From contig JAUSEW010000002.1 in NCBI GenBank assembly GCA_030651475.1, positions 19,927 through 83,926 of the forward strand: a stretch of 64,000 nt of DNA. The letters run 5' to 3'. How positions within the stretch are numbered: position 1 is the first letter of the stretch; each line of letters begins with the position of its first letter. Positions 10,355 to 20,291 of this stretch are shown here, in pieces. This DNA is from Candidatus Levyibacteriota bacterium. Lineage in GTDB: Bacteria > Patescibacteriota > Microgenomatia > Levybacterales > UBA12049. Made by a program: the position numbers and the translations under genes. The notes under the pieces were generated by a model. It did no database searches. It was not told the origin of the DNA and saw nothing but the letters and a program-made list of their open reading frames with translations.

Positions 10355-11620
10355 ATGAGATATTCGAAATTATTTGGGAAGACGATTAAGAATGCGCCAA
10401 GTGATGAAGTCGCGGTTAATGCCAAACTCTTAACGAAAGCGGGATTTATTAGAAAAGAAATAGCAGGCGTTTACAATTTCTTACCCCTTGGCTTAAGAGT
10501 GCTTAACAAAATTTCAAACATCGTCCGTGAAGAAATGAATGCGATAGGAGGTCAGGAGTTGGAGCTTACTACTTTGCAAAATAAACAATCATGGGAGAAA
10601 ACAGGAAGATGGAGTTCTTTTGATGTGCTTTTTAAAGCAAAAAGCCAGCTTGATATAGAATACCCTTTAGGTCCTACTCATGAAGAGGTAATCGTGCCTT
10701 TAGCAAAGCAGTTTGTAAATTCCTACAAAGATTTGCCTCTTTACGTTTACCAAATTCAAACGAAATTTAGGGACGAAAAGAGAGCCCAAAGCGGACTTTT
10801 ACGAGGAAGAGAATTTTTAATGAAGGATTTATATTCGTTCCATACGGATGAAAAGGACTTTGAGAAATATTACGAAATCGCGAAAAAAGCCTACAAGAAA
10901 CTTTTCCAAAGATTAGGACTTGACGCCATAGAAACGCAGGCAGGAGGAGGAACTTTCAGCAAATTTTCCCATGAATATCAAGTGGTTGCAGAAGCAGGAG
11001 AAGATGAGATTATCTATTGTCCCGCCTTCGCCAAGGCTTCGGTGGGCAAGCCGGGCTGTCATTTTTCCCAGAATCAAGAGATAGCAGGGGTAAAAGAAAA
11101 TGAATCATGTCCGATTTGTCAGAAAAAACTCGCCAAAGCCAAAGCGATTGAGGTTGGTAATATTTTTCCCTTGAAGACTAAATTTTCGGAAACTTTTGGG
11201 CTTACGTATAAGGGTAAAGACGGCAAAGAAAATCCTGTTGTGATGGGCTGTTATGGCATTGGCATATCAAGATTAATGGGGACGATTGCTGAAGTTTATA
11301 ATGATGAGAAGGGGATTATTTGGCCGAAAAGTGTGGCGCCATATCAAGTGCACTTGATAATGATTAATGATAAAGGATTAAGGATTAAGAAAAGAGCGGA
11401 TGAGGTTTACGAGAAGCTGCAAAAAGCCGGAATTGAAGTTTTGTATGATGACAGAGAAGATGTTTCCGCAGGAGGGAAATTTGCAGACGCGGATTTAATT
11501 GGAATTCCGGTCAGACTTGTTGTTTCAGAAAAGACTGGGGATAAGATAGAGTGGAAGAAAAGAAGCGAAGAAAAAACAGAATTCTTAAGTGAAGAAGAAC
11601 TAATTAGACGCCTAGTTTAA
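10355..11620 (+). CDS. proS: proline--tRNA ligase, short form
   Basis: LGPTHEE, FRDEKR, GLLRGREFLMKDLYSF, MGCYGIG. Confidence 0.96.
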   Translation: MRYSKLFGKTIKNAPSDEVAVNAKLLTKAGFIRKEIAGVYNFLPLGLRVLNKISNIVREEMNAIGGQELELTTLQNKQSWEKTGRWSSFDVLFKAKSQLDIEYPLGPTHEEVIVPLAKQFVNSYKDLPLYVYQIQTKFRDEKRAQSGLLRGREFLMKDLYSFHTDEKDFEKYYEIAKKAYKKLFQRLGLDAIETQAGGGTFSKFSHEYQVVAEAGEDEIIYCPAFAKASVGKPGCHFSQNQEIAGVKENESCPICQKKLAKAKAIEVGNIFPLKTKFSETFGLTYKGKDGKENPVVMGCYGIGISRLMGTIAEVYNDEKGIIWPKSVAPYQVHLIMINDKGLRIKKRADEVYEKLQKAGIEVLYDDREDVSAGGKFADADLIGIPVRLVVSEKTGDKIEWKKRSEEKTEFLSEEELIRRLV

Positions 11621-11951
11621 GTTTCCACTGCTTGACTTTTTGCCTAGCGTCTGCTGCAACTTCAGCAACAAGCTGTTCTGGCGTAAGAGTTTTTTGTCTT
11701 GCAATTTCTTCTAGAACTGAATCTGCAATGATTGAATGATTCGATGCGACGAATGACGGAGGCAATGGTAATGTGGCGGATCTAATTTGTTTTTCTTTGT
11801 ATTTTTCTATATCCTCCGGAGAAATGTTGCCCGAAAGCATTCTTAATACAGAAGCTTCTTCCGCGATTGTATGACCTCTCATGATATCTCTTACCTTTTC
11901 AGCAAAAGTTTTCCTTACATTACTAACTACTGGTCCTAATTCTATTGTCAT
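11604..11951 (-). CDS. hypothetical protein
   Basis: 115-aa ATG ORF filling the intergenic space. Confidence 0.6.
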   Translation of the reverse strand: MTIELGPVVSNVRKTFAEKVRDIMRGHTIAEEASVLRMLSGNISPEDIEKYKEKQIRSATLPLPPSFVASNHSIIADSVLEEIARQKTLTPEQLVAEVAADARQKVKQWKLKLGV

Positions 11952-12042
11952 AGAAAATTCCTAAGGTAGATAAAATATCTATTACTTTATTAACAGAAAT
12001 TAGTTTAAAAGTCAAGATGTTGAGCTAATATTATTTTGATAT

Positions 12043-12381
12043 TTAGGGTGCGAAGGGGAGTTTGAAATTGAAGATTTTAACCCACGCAAGCGCATAGATA
12101 ATAACGAAAGTAAATCCTCCCAAAATCCATACCATGGGTGAAATATGTCCATGCGGTTTGACTGAAATAGCTTGAGTTTGGATTTGGGGAGCAGTTGGCA
12201 CTTGCGGCATTTGAGGTTTCGGACTTTCAGGTTGAGGGATTGAGGCAACGGGTGTTGGCATCACCAGTTTAGGCGGAACAGGAGAAGCTTGCGGGCTTGA
12301 GGCAACAGAAGTTCCCATGACCCGTTCGTAAACTTCTTTAAGCTTGGGATCCAGTTGCCCAAATTGCTGCTTGTAATCCAT
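12043..12381 (-). CDS. Pro-rich protein with C-terminal transmembrane helix
   Basis: LDPKLKEVYERVMG N-terminus, P/Q-rich linker, hydrophobic C-terminus. Confidence 0.7.
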   Translation of the reverse strand: MDYKQQFGQLDPKLKEVYERVMGTSVASSPQASPVPPKLVMPTPVASIPQPESPKPQMPQVPTAPQIQTQAISVKPHGHISPMVWILGGFTFVIIYALAWVKIFNFKLPFAP

Positions 12382-12506
12382 AAAATTCCCTCTATTTAAT
12401 AGTAGTTGCCTCGTACTTTATTTGTCAAGTAGTCAGCAAGTTAAGAGTCGATTATTGAATAGGGTTTGGGGATAGAGTATACTAGCTGTTGAGTGTAAAT
12501 CGAAAC

Positions 12507-13412
12507 ATGAAGATTATAGTTACCCACAGCTCGCCGGATTTAGATGCAATTACCTCTGTCTGGCTGATTAAGAAATTTTTGCAGGGATGGGAAAATGCGA
12601 ATGTTCAGTTCGTGCCGGCAGGAGAAAGACTTGAGAGCTCGGGGCAGCCGCCTCTCACAGCTATAGAAATAATAAATGGAAATGAGGTTGTGCATGTGGA
12701 TACCGGCTTAGGGCCTTTGGATCATCATCAAACCTTGTCAGATGCGGTTTGCGGAGCAAGCCTGACGTGGGATTACGTCAAGACGCATAGCGCAGAATTC
12801 AAATTTGAAAATTCCGATAGAACAAAACAAAAGATTGAAGCGATTTCAAGAATTGTCAGAGTGGTGGTTGAGATAGATCACTTTAAGGAAGTTTTCTGGA
12901 GCGATCCAACGGCTGATTATCACGAATTTGGCTTGGAAGGAATTTTGGACGGTTTGAAGTTGCAAAAACCCGATCAAGACGAATATTATGTGGAATTTAT
13001 TAGTAATTGTCTGGATGCGCTTTTGCATAATTTCGAGAATAGAATTTGGGCAGAAAGAGAAATAAAAGAGAACGGGCAGATATTTGAAACCAGTTTTGGC
13101 AAAGGCATCGGATTTGAGACGATCAATGACGATGTTATCAAGCTTGCCCAAAAAATGGGTTATGTAATAGTTCTGCGAAAAGACCCGCGCAAAGGCTATG
13201 TTCGGATAAAAGCGCTTCCCAAAGCTGAAAATAAGAAAGAAAGCATAGATTTGACGCTTGCCTATGAAAAACTTAGGAAAATGGATCCGGATGCGACTTG
13301 GTTTCTGCATATTTCCAAAAAAATGCTTCTGAATGGTTCTGTAAAAAATCCCAAAATGCGGCCGACAAAATTAAGCTTAAGTGATATAATAAAGGTGTTA
13401 AAAGAGATTTAA
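12507..13412 (+). CDS. DHH/MYG1-like putative phosphoesterase
   Basis: IVTHSSPDLDA, VDTG, LDHHQ motifs. Confidence 0.65.
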   Translation: MKIIVTHSSPDLDAITSVWLIKKFLQGWENANVQFVPAGERLESSGQPPLTAIEIINGNEVVHVDTGLGPLDHHQTLSDAVCGASLTWDYVKTHSAEFKFENSDRTKQKIEAISRIVRVVVEIDHFKEVFWSDPTADYHEFGLEGILDGLKLQKPDQDEYYVEFISNCLDALLHNFENRIWAEREIKENGQIFETSFGKGIGFETINDDVIKLAQKMGYVIVLRKDPRKGYVRIKALPKAENKKESIDLTLAYEKLRKMDPDATWFLHISKKMLLNGSVKNPKMRPTKLSLSDIIKVLKEI

Positions 13413-13729
13413 TGAACTGTATTTTTTGCAAAATAAGAGACAGAGAGATTCCGAAAGAATTTACTTATGAAGATGAAGATATTATGGTTTTTCCGGACAT
13501 TAATCCATTAAAACCGATACATCTTTTGGTTATGCCAAAAAAGCACCTGAAGGACTTTTTGGATCTTAAAGATAAGACGCTTTTAGAAAAAATTAAAAAT
13601 ATTATACAAAAAATGATCAAAGAACAAAAACTTGAAGATAAAGGATACCGTTTGGTTATTAATGGCGGAGGAACACAAATAGTAGATCATTTACATGTCC
13701 ATTTGGTTGGACCGTTGGGAGGTGTTTAA
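13412..13729 (+). CDS. HIT family nucleotide hydrolase
   Basis: CIFC and HLHVHL. Confidence 0.93.
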   Translation: MNCIFCKIRDREIPKEFTYEDEDIMVFPDINPLKPIHLLVMPKKHLKDFLDLKDKTLLEKIKNIIQKMIKEQKLEDKGYRLVINGGGTQIVDHLHVHLVGPLGGV

Positions 13730-13732
13730 TTT

Positions 13733-13915
13733 ATGGTAGTTGTTAGAAAAATGCCGGGGGACAGCGATGACGCGCTTATCAGAAAATTTTCCAGAAAAGT
13801 TATCAATGAGGGAATTCTTCAAGAAGCGAAAAGGCGCGCATTTTATCTAAAGCCTTCTTTGGCTCGTAAACAGAAAATACAGGATGCAAGAAGAGCTAAG
13901 AAGATTTGGAGCTAA
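13733..13915 (+). CDS. rpsU: 30S ribosomal protein S21
   Basis: LIRKFSRKV...FYLKPS. Confidence 0.88.
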   Translation: MVVVRKMPGDSDDALIRKFSRKVINEGILQEAKRRAFYLKPSLARKQKIQDARRAKKIWS

Positions 13916-13919
13916 CTTT

Positions 13920-14306
13920 ATGGACAATATACAAGTCCCAATTTTTGTGGAAAGCAGATATAAAGTTAACAGAAGAAAGATAAAAGAAGCTGTTAATAAG
14001 GTGTTGGGCAAACAGGAAATTACAGGACCGGTTGAGGTTTCTGTGGCTATTGTCGGAGATAGGAAGATGAGGACACTTAGCCGTAAGTACAAAAACGAAG
14101 ATAAAACCAGAAATGTTTTGTCATTTTCTCTAATGGAAGGAGAATCGACACGTATTCCCGATGACATTCTTAGGCTTGGCGATATAATTATTTCTTACCC
14201 GGTAGTGATAAAAGAGGCGTCCAAAGAAGAGATGCTGGTGGATGATAAAGTAAGTCAGCTTGTTGAACACGGGCTAATGCATCTTTTGGGAATTAATCAC
14301 GAGTAA
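13920..14306 (+). CDS. ybeY: rRNA maturation RNase YbeY
   Basis: NVLSF, LGDIII, HGLMHLLGINH. Confidence 0.92.
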   Translation: MDNIQVPIFVESRYKVNRRKIKEAVNKVLGKQEITGPVEVSVAIVGDRKMRTLSRKYKNEDKTRNVLSFSLMEGESTRIPDDILRLGDIIISYPVVIKEASKEEMLVDDKVSQLVEHGLMHLLGINHE

Positions 14307-14363
14307 TATTTTCGATTACTAGTTAACGGATTAACGAGTTAACGAATAATTGGATAATTAATT

Positions 14364-15833
14364 ATGGTATACTACCGAAAATACCGTCCCCAAACAATTA
14401 ATGAACTCGATAGTAAGGCTGTCAGGCAGACCTTATTGGATGTTTTGTCCGGTAAGGAAATTCCCCATGCGTTTCTATTTACAGGACCAAAAGGACTGGG
14501 TAAAACTTCCACTGCGAGAATTGTGGCGAAAGTAGTTAACTGCGAAAAGAAAAAAAACGATATTGAGCCTTGTAATAAATGCGATCAATGTAGGTCAATA
14601 TCCAACGGCACCAATATGGATATTTTGGAGATTGACGGAGCATCCAACCGGGGAATAGATGAGATAAGGGATTTGAGGGAAAAAGTCAGGCTTTCAGCGC
14701 TTAGGGCAAAAAAGAAGGTTTACATAATCGATGAGGTGCACATGCTAACAACAGAAGCATTCAATGCTCTTCTCAAAACTTTGGAAGAGCCGCCAAGTCA
14801 CGTGATGTTTATTCTCTGCACTACAGAACCGCACAAAGTTCCGGCAACTATAGCTTCCCGATGTTTTCACATCGCTTTTAGAAAAGCAGAGCCGTTGGAG
14901 CTTGTCAGATCGTTTAAAAGAATTGCTAAGAAAGAAAAATTAAATATCGACATGGAGGCTTTGGAGCTTATCGCAAGCCTTTCCGATGGAAGTTTTAGGG
15001 ATGGAGTAAAAATTTTGGAAGAGGTGGTGGGTTTTGCCGGACGAAAGAAAATTACCAAAAAACTCATTGAAGAAAGATATCAAATATCGAATTTAGAACA
15101 CCAAGTTTCTCAAATGATTAAATTTCTGGAAGAGAGAAATACGGCTTCGGCTCTTAAATTAATAAGCGAACTTACGAAACAAGGTTTGGATATGAAATAT
15201 CTGTTGGAACAGATTATTGAAAAGTTGCATTCATTGCTTCTTGCTAGAGCCGGCGTAACCAAAGAAGCCAAAATCTTGGATAGCAATTTGCAGATAGGGG
15301 AGATTAAGGGATTGGTGGAATTGCTGGTAAAAGCCCATCAGGAATTAAAATATGCGATTTTGCCCCAACTGCCGCTTGAAATGGTAATAATTGAATGGGG
15401 AGGCAAAAAAGAAAGAACCGACAATCTGTCGCACATTGCAAATGACGCTCAAAACACTGTTTCTAAAATCCAGTCAAAAACTCCTTCGCTAAGTGAACGC
15501 CAACAGCAAAATTTAACAGAAAATTCAAAGGTTAATCAGTCGGCGTTCAGTTCATTTGCAAGTGAACAGCTAGTCGGTTCTTCAAAAAGAGAGGGCAAGA
15601 GCGATTTTTGGACGAAATTCATAGAAAAGGTCAGACCGTATAATCATTCGGTGGCTGGAGTTTTGCGCGGCTGTTCCTTGAAAGATTATAGCGGAGATAA
15701 GCTTGTGATTGAGACCAAATTCAAATTCCACAAAGAGCGTTTGGATGAAAGAAAAGTTAGGGATATCTTGGAAAAAGCAACGGAAGATATAACAGGCAAA
15801 AAAGTTCAAGTGTCGGTTATATTAAAAAATTAA
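14364..15833 (+). CDS. dnaX: DNA polymerase III subunit gamma/tau
   Basis: YRKYRPQ, GPKGLGKT, IIDEVHML, SRC. Confidence 0.96.
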   Translation: MVYYRKYRPQTINELDSKAVRQTLLDVLSGKEIPHAFLFTGPKGLGKTSTARIVAKVVNCEKKKNDIEPCNKCDQCRSISNGTNMDILEIDGASNRGIDEIRDLREKVRLSALRAKKKVYIIDEVHMLTTEAFNALLKTLEEPPSHVMFILCTTEPHKVPATIASRCFHIAFRKAEPLELVRSFKRIAKKEKLNIDMEALELIASLSDGSFRDGVKILEEVVGFAGRKKITKKLIEERYQISNLEHQVSQMIKFLEERNTASALKLISELTKQGLDMKYLLEQIIEKLHSLLLARAGVTKEAKILDSNLQIGEIKGLVELLVKAHQELKYAILPQLPLEMVIIEWGGKKERTDNLSHIANDAQNTVSKIQSKTPSLSERQQQNLTENSKVNQSAFSSFASEQLVGSSKREGKSDFWTKFIEKVRPYNHSVAGVLRGCSLKDYSGDKLVIETKFKFHKERLDERKVRDILEKATEDITGKKVQVSVILKN

Positions 15834-15852
15834 AAAAGGGGGGTGAGGATTT

Positions 15853-16137
15853 ATGTTTAATCCGTTCAAACAAATTGGGGATATCAAAAAAATGCGGGAT
15901 CAGGCAATGGCGATTCAAAGAGAGCTTCAGGCTGAAGAAATAGCAGTTGAGAGAAACGGAGTGGCGATTTTGATAACAGGGGACCAGAAAATAATAAACC
16001 TTGCTTCCAACGGCCGTTCGGATGAAGATGTCAAAGAAGCGGTAAATGAAGCGATTAAAAAAGCCCAGGAAGTTGCAGCCCGCAAACTTTCGCAAATGGG
16101 TGGAGGGTTGGGGGGATTATTAGGAGGAGGGAACTAA
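15853..16137 (+). CDS. ybaB: YbaB/EbfC nucleoid-associated protein
   Basis: size, helix-strand-helix pattern, position after dnaX. Confidence 0.85.
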   Translation: MFNPFKQIGDIKKMRDQAMAIQRELQAEEIAVERNGVAILITGDQKIINLASNGRSDEDVKEAVNEAIKKAQEVAARKLSQMGGGLGGLLGGGN

Positions 16138-16140
16138 AAT

Positions 16141-16491
16141 ATGCCAGAAAATAAGCCAGGAGCAGATGCTTTATTTGTTCTTAAGCCAAAAGATGGTAAT
16201 CCAAAGGAAGAATTCAAGAAAGTCATGAAGGGTTTCAATAGCGGAAAGCGAACCGAACGGAAACAGGCAAATAAGCGACTTGTAGAAGAGGCACGAAGGA
16301 TTGGGTTCATGGGTATACTTGGGCCAAGAGAGCGAAAGGCCTTAGATCTTAGATTCCCGGAAGAGGGGGAAGAAGATATAACGCAAAAGGAGTGTGGCAA
16401 ATATTTTGGAGTCAGCCCGACCAGAGTACAACAGATCGAAGCAAAAGCTTTAGCCAAGCTTAGAGTCGCTAGTCGAAAATCTGCAGGATAA
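16141..16491 (+). CDS. small sigma-70 region 4 HTH protein
   Basis: LGPRERKALDLRF...TQKECGKYFGVSPTRVQQIEAKALAKLR. Confidence 0.8.
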   Translation: MPENKPGADALFVLKPKDGNPKEEFKKVMKGFNSGKRTERKQANKRLVEEARRIGFMGILGPRERKALDLRFPEEGEEDITQKECGKYFGVSPTRVQQIEAKALAKLRVASRKSAG

Positions 16492-16586
16492 ACGCCTTAA
16501 TCCTTATTGATAAGCGCATTTTACAATAGTAGAATAGGGTTATGACCCTTCGACTTCGCTCAGGGTCATAGTGAGGTATTCGAACT

Positions 16587-17507
16587 ATGAAGATATTTAG
16601 CGGAACTTCCAATGAGCCTTTGGCTAAGAAAATCGCGGAAGGCTTAAGACTTACCTTGTCTCCTTTGGAAATCCACGTTTTCCCTGACGGCGAAAAAAGA
16701 ATAAGGGTATTGGATGAAGTTGTGGAAGAAAATTGCATAGTTATCCAAAGCACATCTCCAAACGTTAATGAGAATTACATCGAGCTTTTCTTTATCGTGG
16801 ACGCTTTGAAGCGAAGCGGAGCAAAGTCTGTGATAGCGGTTATTCCGTATCTTGGTTATCAAAGGCAGGATCATGTATTTCGAGAAGGAGAGGCAGTTTC
16901 CATAGAGGTGATGATAAAAACTTTACAGGCGTCCGGAGTAGATAAAATTATAACTTTTGATCTTCATTCCATAAAAATTCCAGAGTTTTTCGCAATTCCC
17001 ATAGCTCATTTATCTGCTTTGCCGCTTTTTGCCGAAAAAATAAGGGTGATATCGGAAGAAGGCGCGTTATCAGGAGCATCACCAATTCTAATCTCTCCGG
17101 ATATGGGAGGAATAAGAAGGATAAAATTGCTTTCGGAGCTTTTGGGAGATATGCCGTATGCGAGCATAGAAAAGGATAGGAATTTAAAAACAGGAGAAAT
17201 TAAAATCAAAAATATTCATGTAGCGCCGAACATCAATCTCAAAGGACGTTTCGCCTTTATCGTGGATGACATGATTGCAAGCGGGGGAACTATAGACAAA
17301 GCAGTAAATTTCCTAAAGAAAAAAGGACTAGCGAAGGTTTGGATTTTCGCAACACATGCGATTTTTGCCGAAAATGCGAAATTGATTTTGAAAAAGATAA
17401 AAGCAGAAAAAATATACGTTACCAACAGCGTTTTTATCCCTAAAGAAAAACAATTTCCCAAGCTCCAGATCCTTTCAATCGCCAGAATAGTAATTGAGAA
17501 TTTATGA
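16587..17507 (+). CDS. prs: ribose-phosphate pyrophosphokinase
   Basis: FPDGE, PYLGYQRQD, DLHS, VDDMIASGGT. Confidence 0.95.
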   Translation: MKIFSGTSNEPLAKKIAEGLRLTLSPLEIHVFPDGEKRIRVLDEVVEENCIVIQSTSPNVNENYIELFFIVDALKRSGAKSVIAVIPYLGYQRQDHVFREGEAVSIEVMIKTLQASGVDKIITFDLHSIKIPEFFAIPIAHLSALPLFAEKIRVISEEGALSGASPILISPDMGGIRRIKLLSELLGDMPYASIEKDRNLKTGEIKIKNIHVAPNINLKGRFAFIVDDMIASGGTIDKAVNFLKKKGLAKVWIFATHAIFAENAKLILKKIKAEKIYVTNSVFIPKEKQFPKLQILSIARIVIENL

Positions 17508-18118
17508 AAATCCCAAAAGCCATACAAAACCTTATAGAGGCATTCGAGAGATTGCCGGGAATTGGACCTAAAACTGCGCAGCGGCTTACATTTTATCTTT
17601 TGCACGTTCCGCAAGGCGAATTGGATAAGTTTGCATCTTCAATTCAAAGCTTAAAAAAAGAAACAGTTATTTGTTCATCCTGTTTTTCAATTGGAGAAAG
17701 TAACCCGTGCGATATATGTTCGGATCAGGCAAGAGATGCTTCAACTATCTGTGTGGTGGAGGAGCCATTGGACATTATCGCTTTGGAAAAAAACGGACAG
17801 TACAAAGGGCTTTACCATGTGCTTCATGGAAGGATAGATCCGCTTAATAATATCGGGCCGGATGAAATTTATATAAAACAGTTATTGGATAGGATAAAAA
17901 ATTCTAAAAACGGAAAAGGGATAAAAGAAGTAATCTTAGCCACGAACCCGACCATGGAAGGCGAGGGGACAGCGATGTATATTGCAAAACAGCTAAGATC
18001 TCAAAACGCAAACTTCAAAATTACTAGGATTGGGCGGGGACTGCCGGTCGGAGCAGATATAGAATACGCTGATGAAGTAACGCTCCAAAGAGCAATGGAA
18101 GGCCGAAGCGAATATTAA
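17504..18118 (+). CDS. recR: recombination protein RecR
   Basis: LPGIGPKTAQRL, C4 zinc finger, ATNPTMEGE TOPRIM. Confidence 0.97.
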   Translation: MKIPKAIQNLIEAFERLPGIGPKTAQRLTFYLLHVPQGELDKFASSIQSLKKETVICSSCFSIGESNPCDICSDQARDASTICVVEEPLDIIALEKNGQYKGLYHVLHGRIDPLNNIGPDEIYIKQLLDRIKNSKNGKGIKEVILATNPTMEGEGTAMYIAKQLRSQNANFKITRIGRGLPVGADIEYADEVTLQRAMEGRSEY

Positions 18119-18999
18119 GCTTTTTGTAAAACGGCTGGAACGTAAATTTCCCAAGGCCCAATACCTCTTTTTCTTGCTGCTTCAGCGGTAAGTCCGACTA
18201 CTGCGTTACCGTTTGCCGTCTTTGCATAGTAGCCTAAATTGTCAGTAAGCGTCGTTAGATTAAATGCTTCAGAAACATTTAGTGATTTTCCAAAATATGC
18301 CCTGCGTTCATTAAATCTAACCATCAATGCGTTATCGTGAGGGGAACGTATCATATTATCCTTCTCTCGTACTGCTTTCTGCATTTCAGGGGTTATAAAA
18401 GCAGCGGTTTTGTAAGGACGCTTTTTGTACGTCGGAAGAGAGGTCACTAATTGAGAACGAAGATTCCAAGAGGTATCCCAGTCATCGTTTAAATAAGGCG
18501 GACATTCACTATAGGGCATAGATACATTTAATTCTGTAAGACGGTTACCTTCAGTTAGGTCATAAGTAACAGCAACAACTCTATTTTGGATCACACCGGC
18601 AATTCTGATGAGAGAGGGAAAGAATTCCCCTTTTCCATTACGAATTTTTATTTGTCTTGCAATTTCCAAGGTAGCAGCTGCATCGTCTAAATGGTTATTT
18701 ATAAAAGCCTCTTTTTGACTAGGACGTTTGCCTAAAACTAGTAATGGTAGCGTGTCTTCGGAGGGGTTGGCGGGGATCCACTTTATTGACTCTAATTTCA
18801 TGTCTTTGATTAAGGAATCTGGAATCTTTACGCCCGCGTTTACAATAAGAAAAAGCTCGACTGCCGCAAAAGCTGATGGTCGATCTTTGTGTACTGGAGC
18901 AGTTTCAAGTAAACTAGAAAGATAAGATTCCCCTATCCTTTTTCTTCCTGCTGCATCTGGTGAGTAAAGAGTACCTCTCTCTAAAGGTTGTCCTGCCAT
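18115..18999 (-). CDS. hypothetical protein
   Basis: 294-aa ORF, no recognised motif. Confidence 0.7.
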   Translation of the reverse strand: MAGQPLERGTLYSPDAAGRKRIGESYLSSLLETAPVHKDRPSAFAAVELFLIVNAGVKIPDSLIKDMKLESIKWIPANPSEDTLPLLVLGKRPSQKEAFINNHLDDAAATLEIARQIKIRNGKGEFFPSLIRIAGVIQNRVVAVTYDLTEGNRLTELNVSMPYSECPPYLNDDWDTSWNLRSQLVTSLPTYKKRPYKTAAFITPEMQKAVREKDNMIRSPHDNALMVRFNERRAYFGKSLNVSEAFNLTTLTDNLGYYAKTANGNAVVGLTAEAARKRGIGPWEIYVPAVLQKA

Positions 19000-19154
19000 A
19001 GGCTTGCTTTATATCATATTGCTTTCAGTTTGTCAAAAAAATGAGAGCTTGGATTAGTTTTTGGCAACTTCCTTTGCTCTTTCGTTCAAATGCCCCAGAT
19101 AAAAAATCGTAGACATTCGTAGGTATTATTACATATTGTTGATATTGACAAGTC

Positions 19155-19180
19155 ACTTTAATAATATATATTATTAAAGT
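19155..19180. repeat. perfect 26-bp palindrome, copy 1 (operator or dif-like site)
   Basis: ACTTTAATAATATATATTATTAAAGT; overlaps promoter (TTGACA at 19145) and abuts ATG 19181. Confidence 0.9.
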
Positions 19181-19624
19181 ATGACACAGATTTCTAAATA
19201 CCCTGTTCATAAAAAAGTTGAAGAGAGAATGTTTGAGGTTCTTCGAGAAACAATCTCTCATCTAAATAACGCAGAAGACATAGAAGATTTTCTAACCGAT
19301 TTCCTTTCTCCTGTTGAAAAGATTATGTTGGCAAAACGGCTTTCTATTGCCATTCTCTTGCATAAGGGATATAAATATGGAACTATAGCGGAAATATTAA
19401 GGGTTACGCCTCCAACAATTGCGACAGTCAGCTTATTGCTTAGATATTCCGGTAAGGGTTACAGAAAGGCTGTAGGGAAAATAGCGGCAAACGAAAAAAT
19501 GAATCTATTTTGGGAAAAAGTGGAGGATATGCTATCTAAAATACCTAATTCAAAAGGGAGCGATTGGGTATATCAGAAGAGAGAATACGAGAGAAAGAAA
19601 AGCGTCCGCAAAAAAGCTTTTTAG
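19181..19624 (+). CDS. TrpR-like (YerC/YecD) HTH protein
   Basis: FLTDFLSPVEKIMLAKRLSIAILL...YGTIAEILRVTPPTIATV. Confidence 0.82.
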   Translation: MTQISKYPVHKKVEERMFEVLRETISHLNNAEDIEDFLTDFLSPVEKIMLAKRLSIAILLHKGYKYGTIAEILRVTPPTIATVSLLLRYSGKGYRKAVGKIAANEKMNLFWEKVEDMLSKIPNSKGSDWVYQKREYERKKSVRKKAF

Positions 19625-19631
19625 AATACTC

Positions 19632-19657
19632 ACTTAAATAATATATATTATTTAAGT
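19632..19657. repeat. perfect 26-bp palindrome, copy 2
   Basis: ACTTAAATAATATATATTATTTAAGT; two symmetric changes relative to copy 1. Confidence 0.9.
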
Positions 19658-19740
19658 ATTTGAGACGTTGGAGTTTTTGAAATGATTAGGGTAGAATCTA
19701 AAATAGAGGATAATTGGGATTATAGGGTTTGGTTTTATTT

Positions 19741-20259
19741 ATGGATGATAGCGGAATTTTGGGTAAAGCATTGGGGCAGTTGGGGACTATTGCCAAAAAA
19801 ACAGGCGAAGAAATTATCAAAAAACCTGAAGAGATGGCAGGCGATGTTGCTTCGGAGTTTGGTTTGAAAACCGATATTGCTCCTCAATCCCCCAAACCGA
19901 CATCTTCCGATGAACAGGCTACGAAAGAGGTCGTGAAAAGTTTATACGCGCCAAGCGAAAAACCAAAAGACACTTCGCAATCTCCAAAACCCGATGATTC
20001 TGAATTTGCCAAGCAAATTGCCAATGAAACTCCGGAAGAACAGCAAAAACTGATAACTCTTAGACAGCAGCTGCACAAAGAGTATTATGAGAAATTAGTC
20101 AATCCGCCGAAGCCTCAGGAAGAAAGACCGGCAGAGAAAGTGGAGAAAGAAAAAAAGCAGGAGATGGCAGAACTCCAAAAAAAAGAAGAGAAAAAACCGT
20201 CACCTTTAATTCAAAGAGCAAGGGAAAGAGTAGAGAAATTTCCCGGCGCATCGGGATAA
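19741..20259 (+). CDS. hypothetical low-complexity, charged protein
   Basis: E/K/P/Q-rich ORF; start placed at ATG 19741. Confidence 0.7.
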   Translation: MDDSGILGKALGQLGTIAKKTGEEIIKKPEEMAGDVASEFGLKTDIAPQSPKPTSSDEQATKEVVKSLYAPSEKPKDTSQSPKPDDSEFAKQIANETPEEQQKLITLRQQLHKEYYEKLVNPPKPQEERPAEKVEKEKKQEMAELQKKEEKKPSPLIQRARERVEKFPGASG

Positions 20260-20291
20260 GGATTACGTTGTCAGGATGACATGAAGAATAT

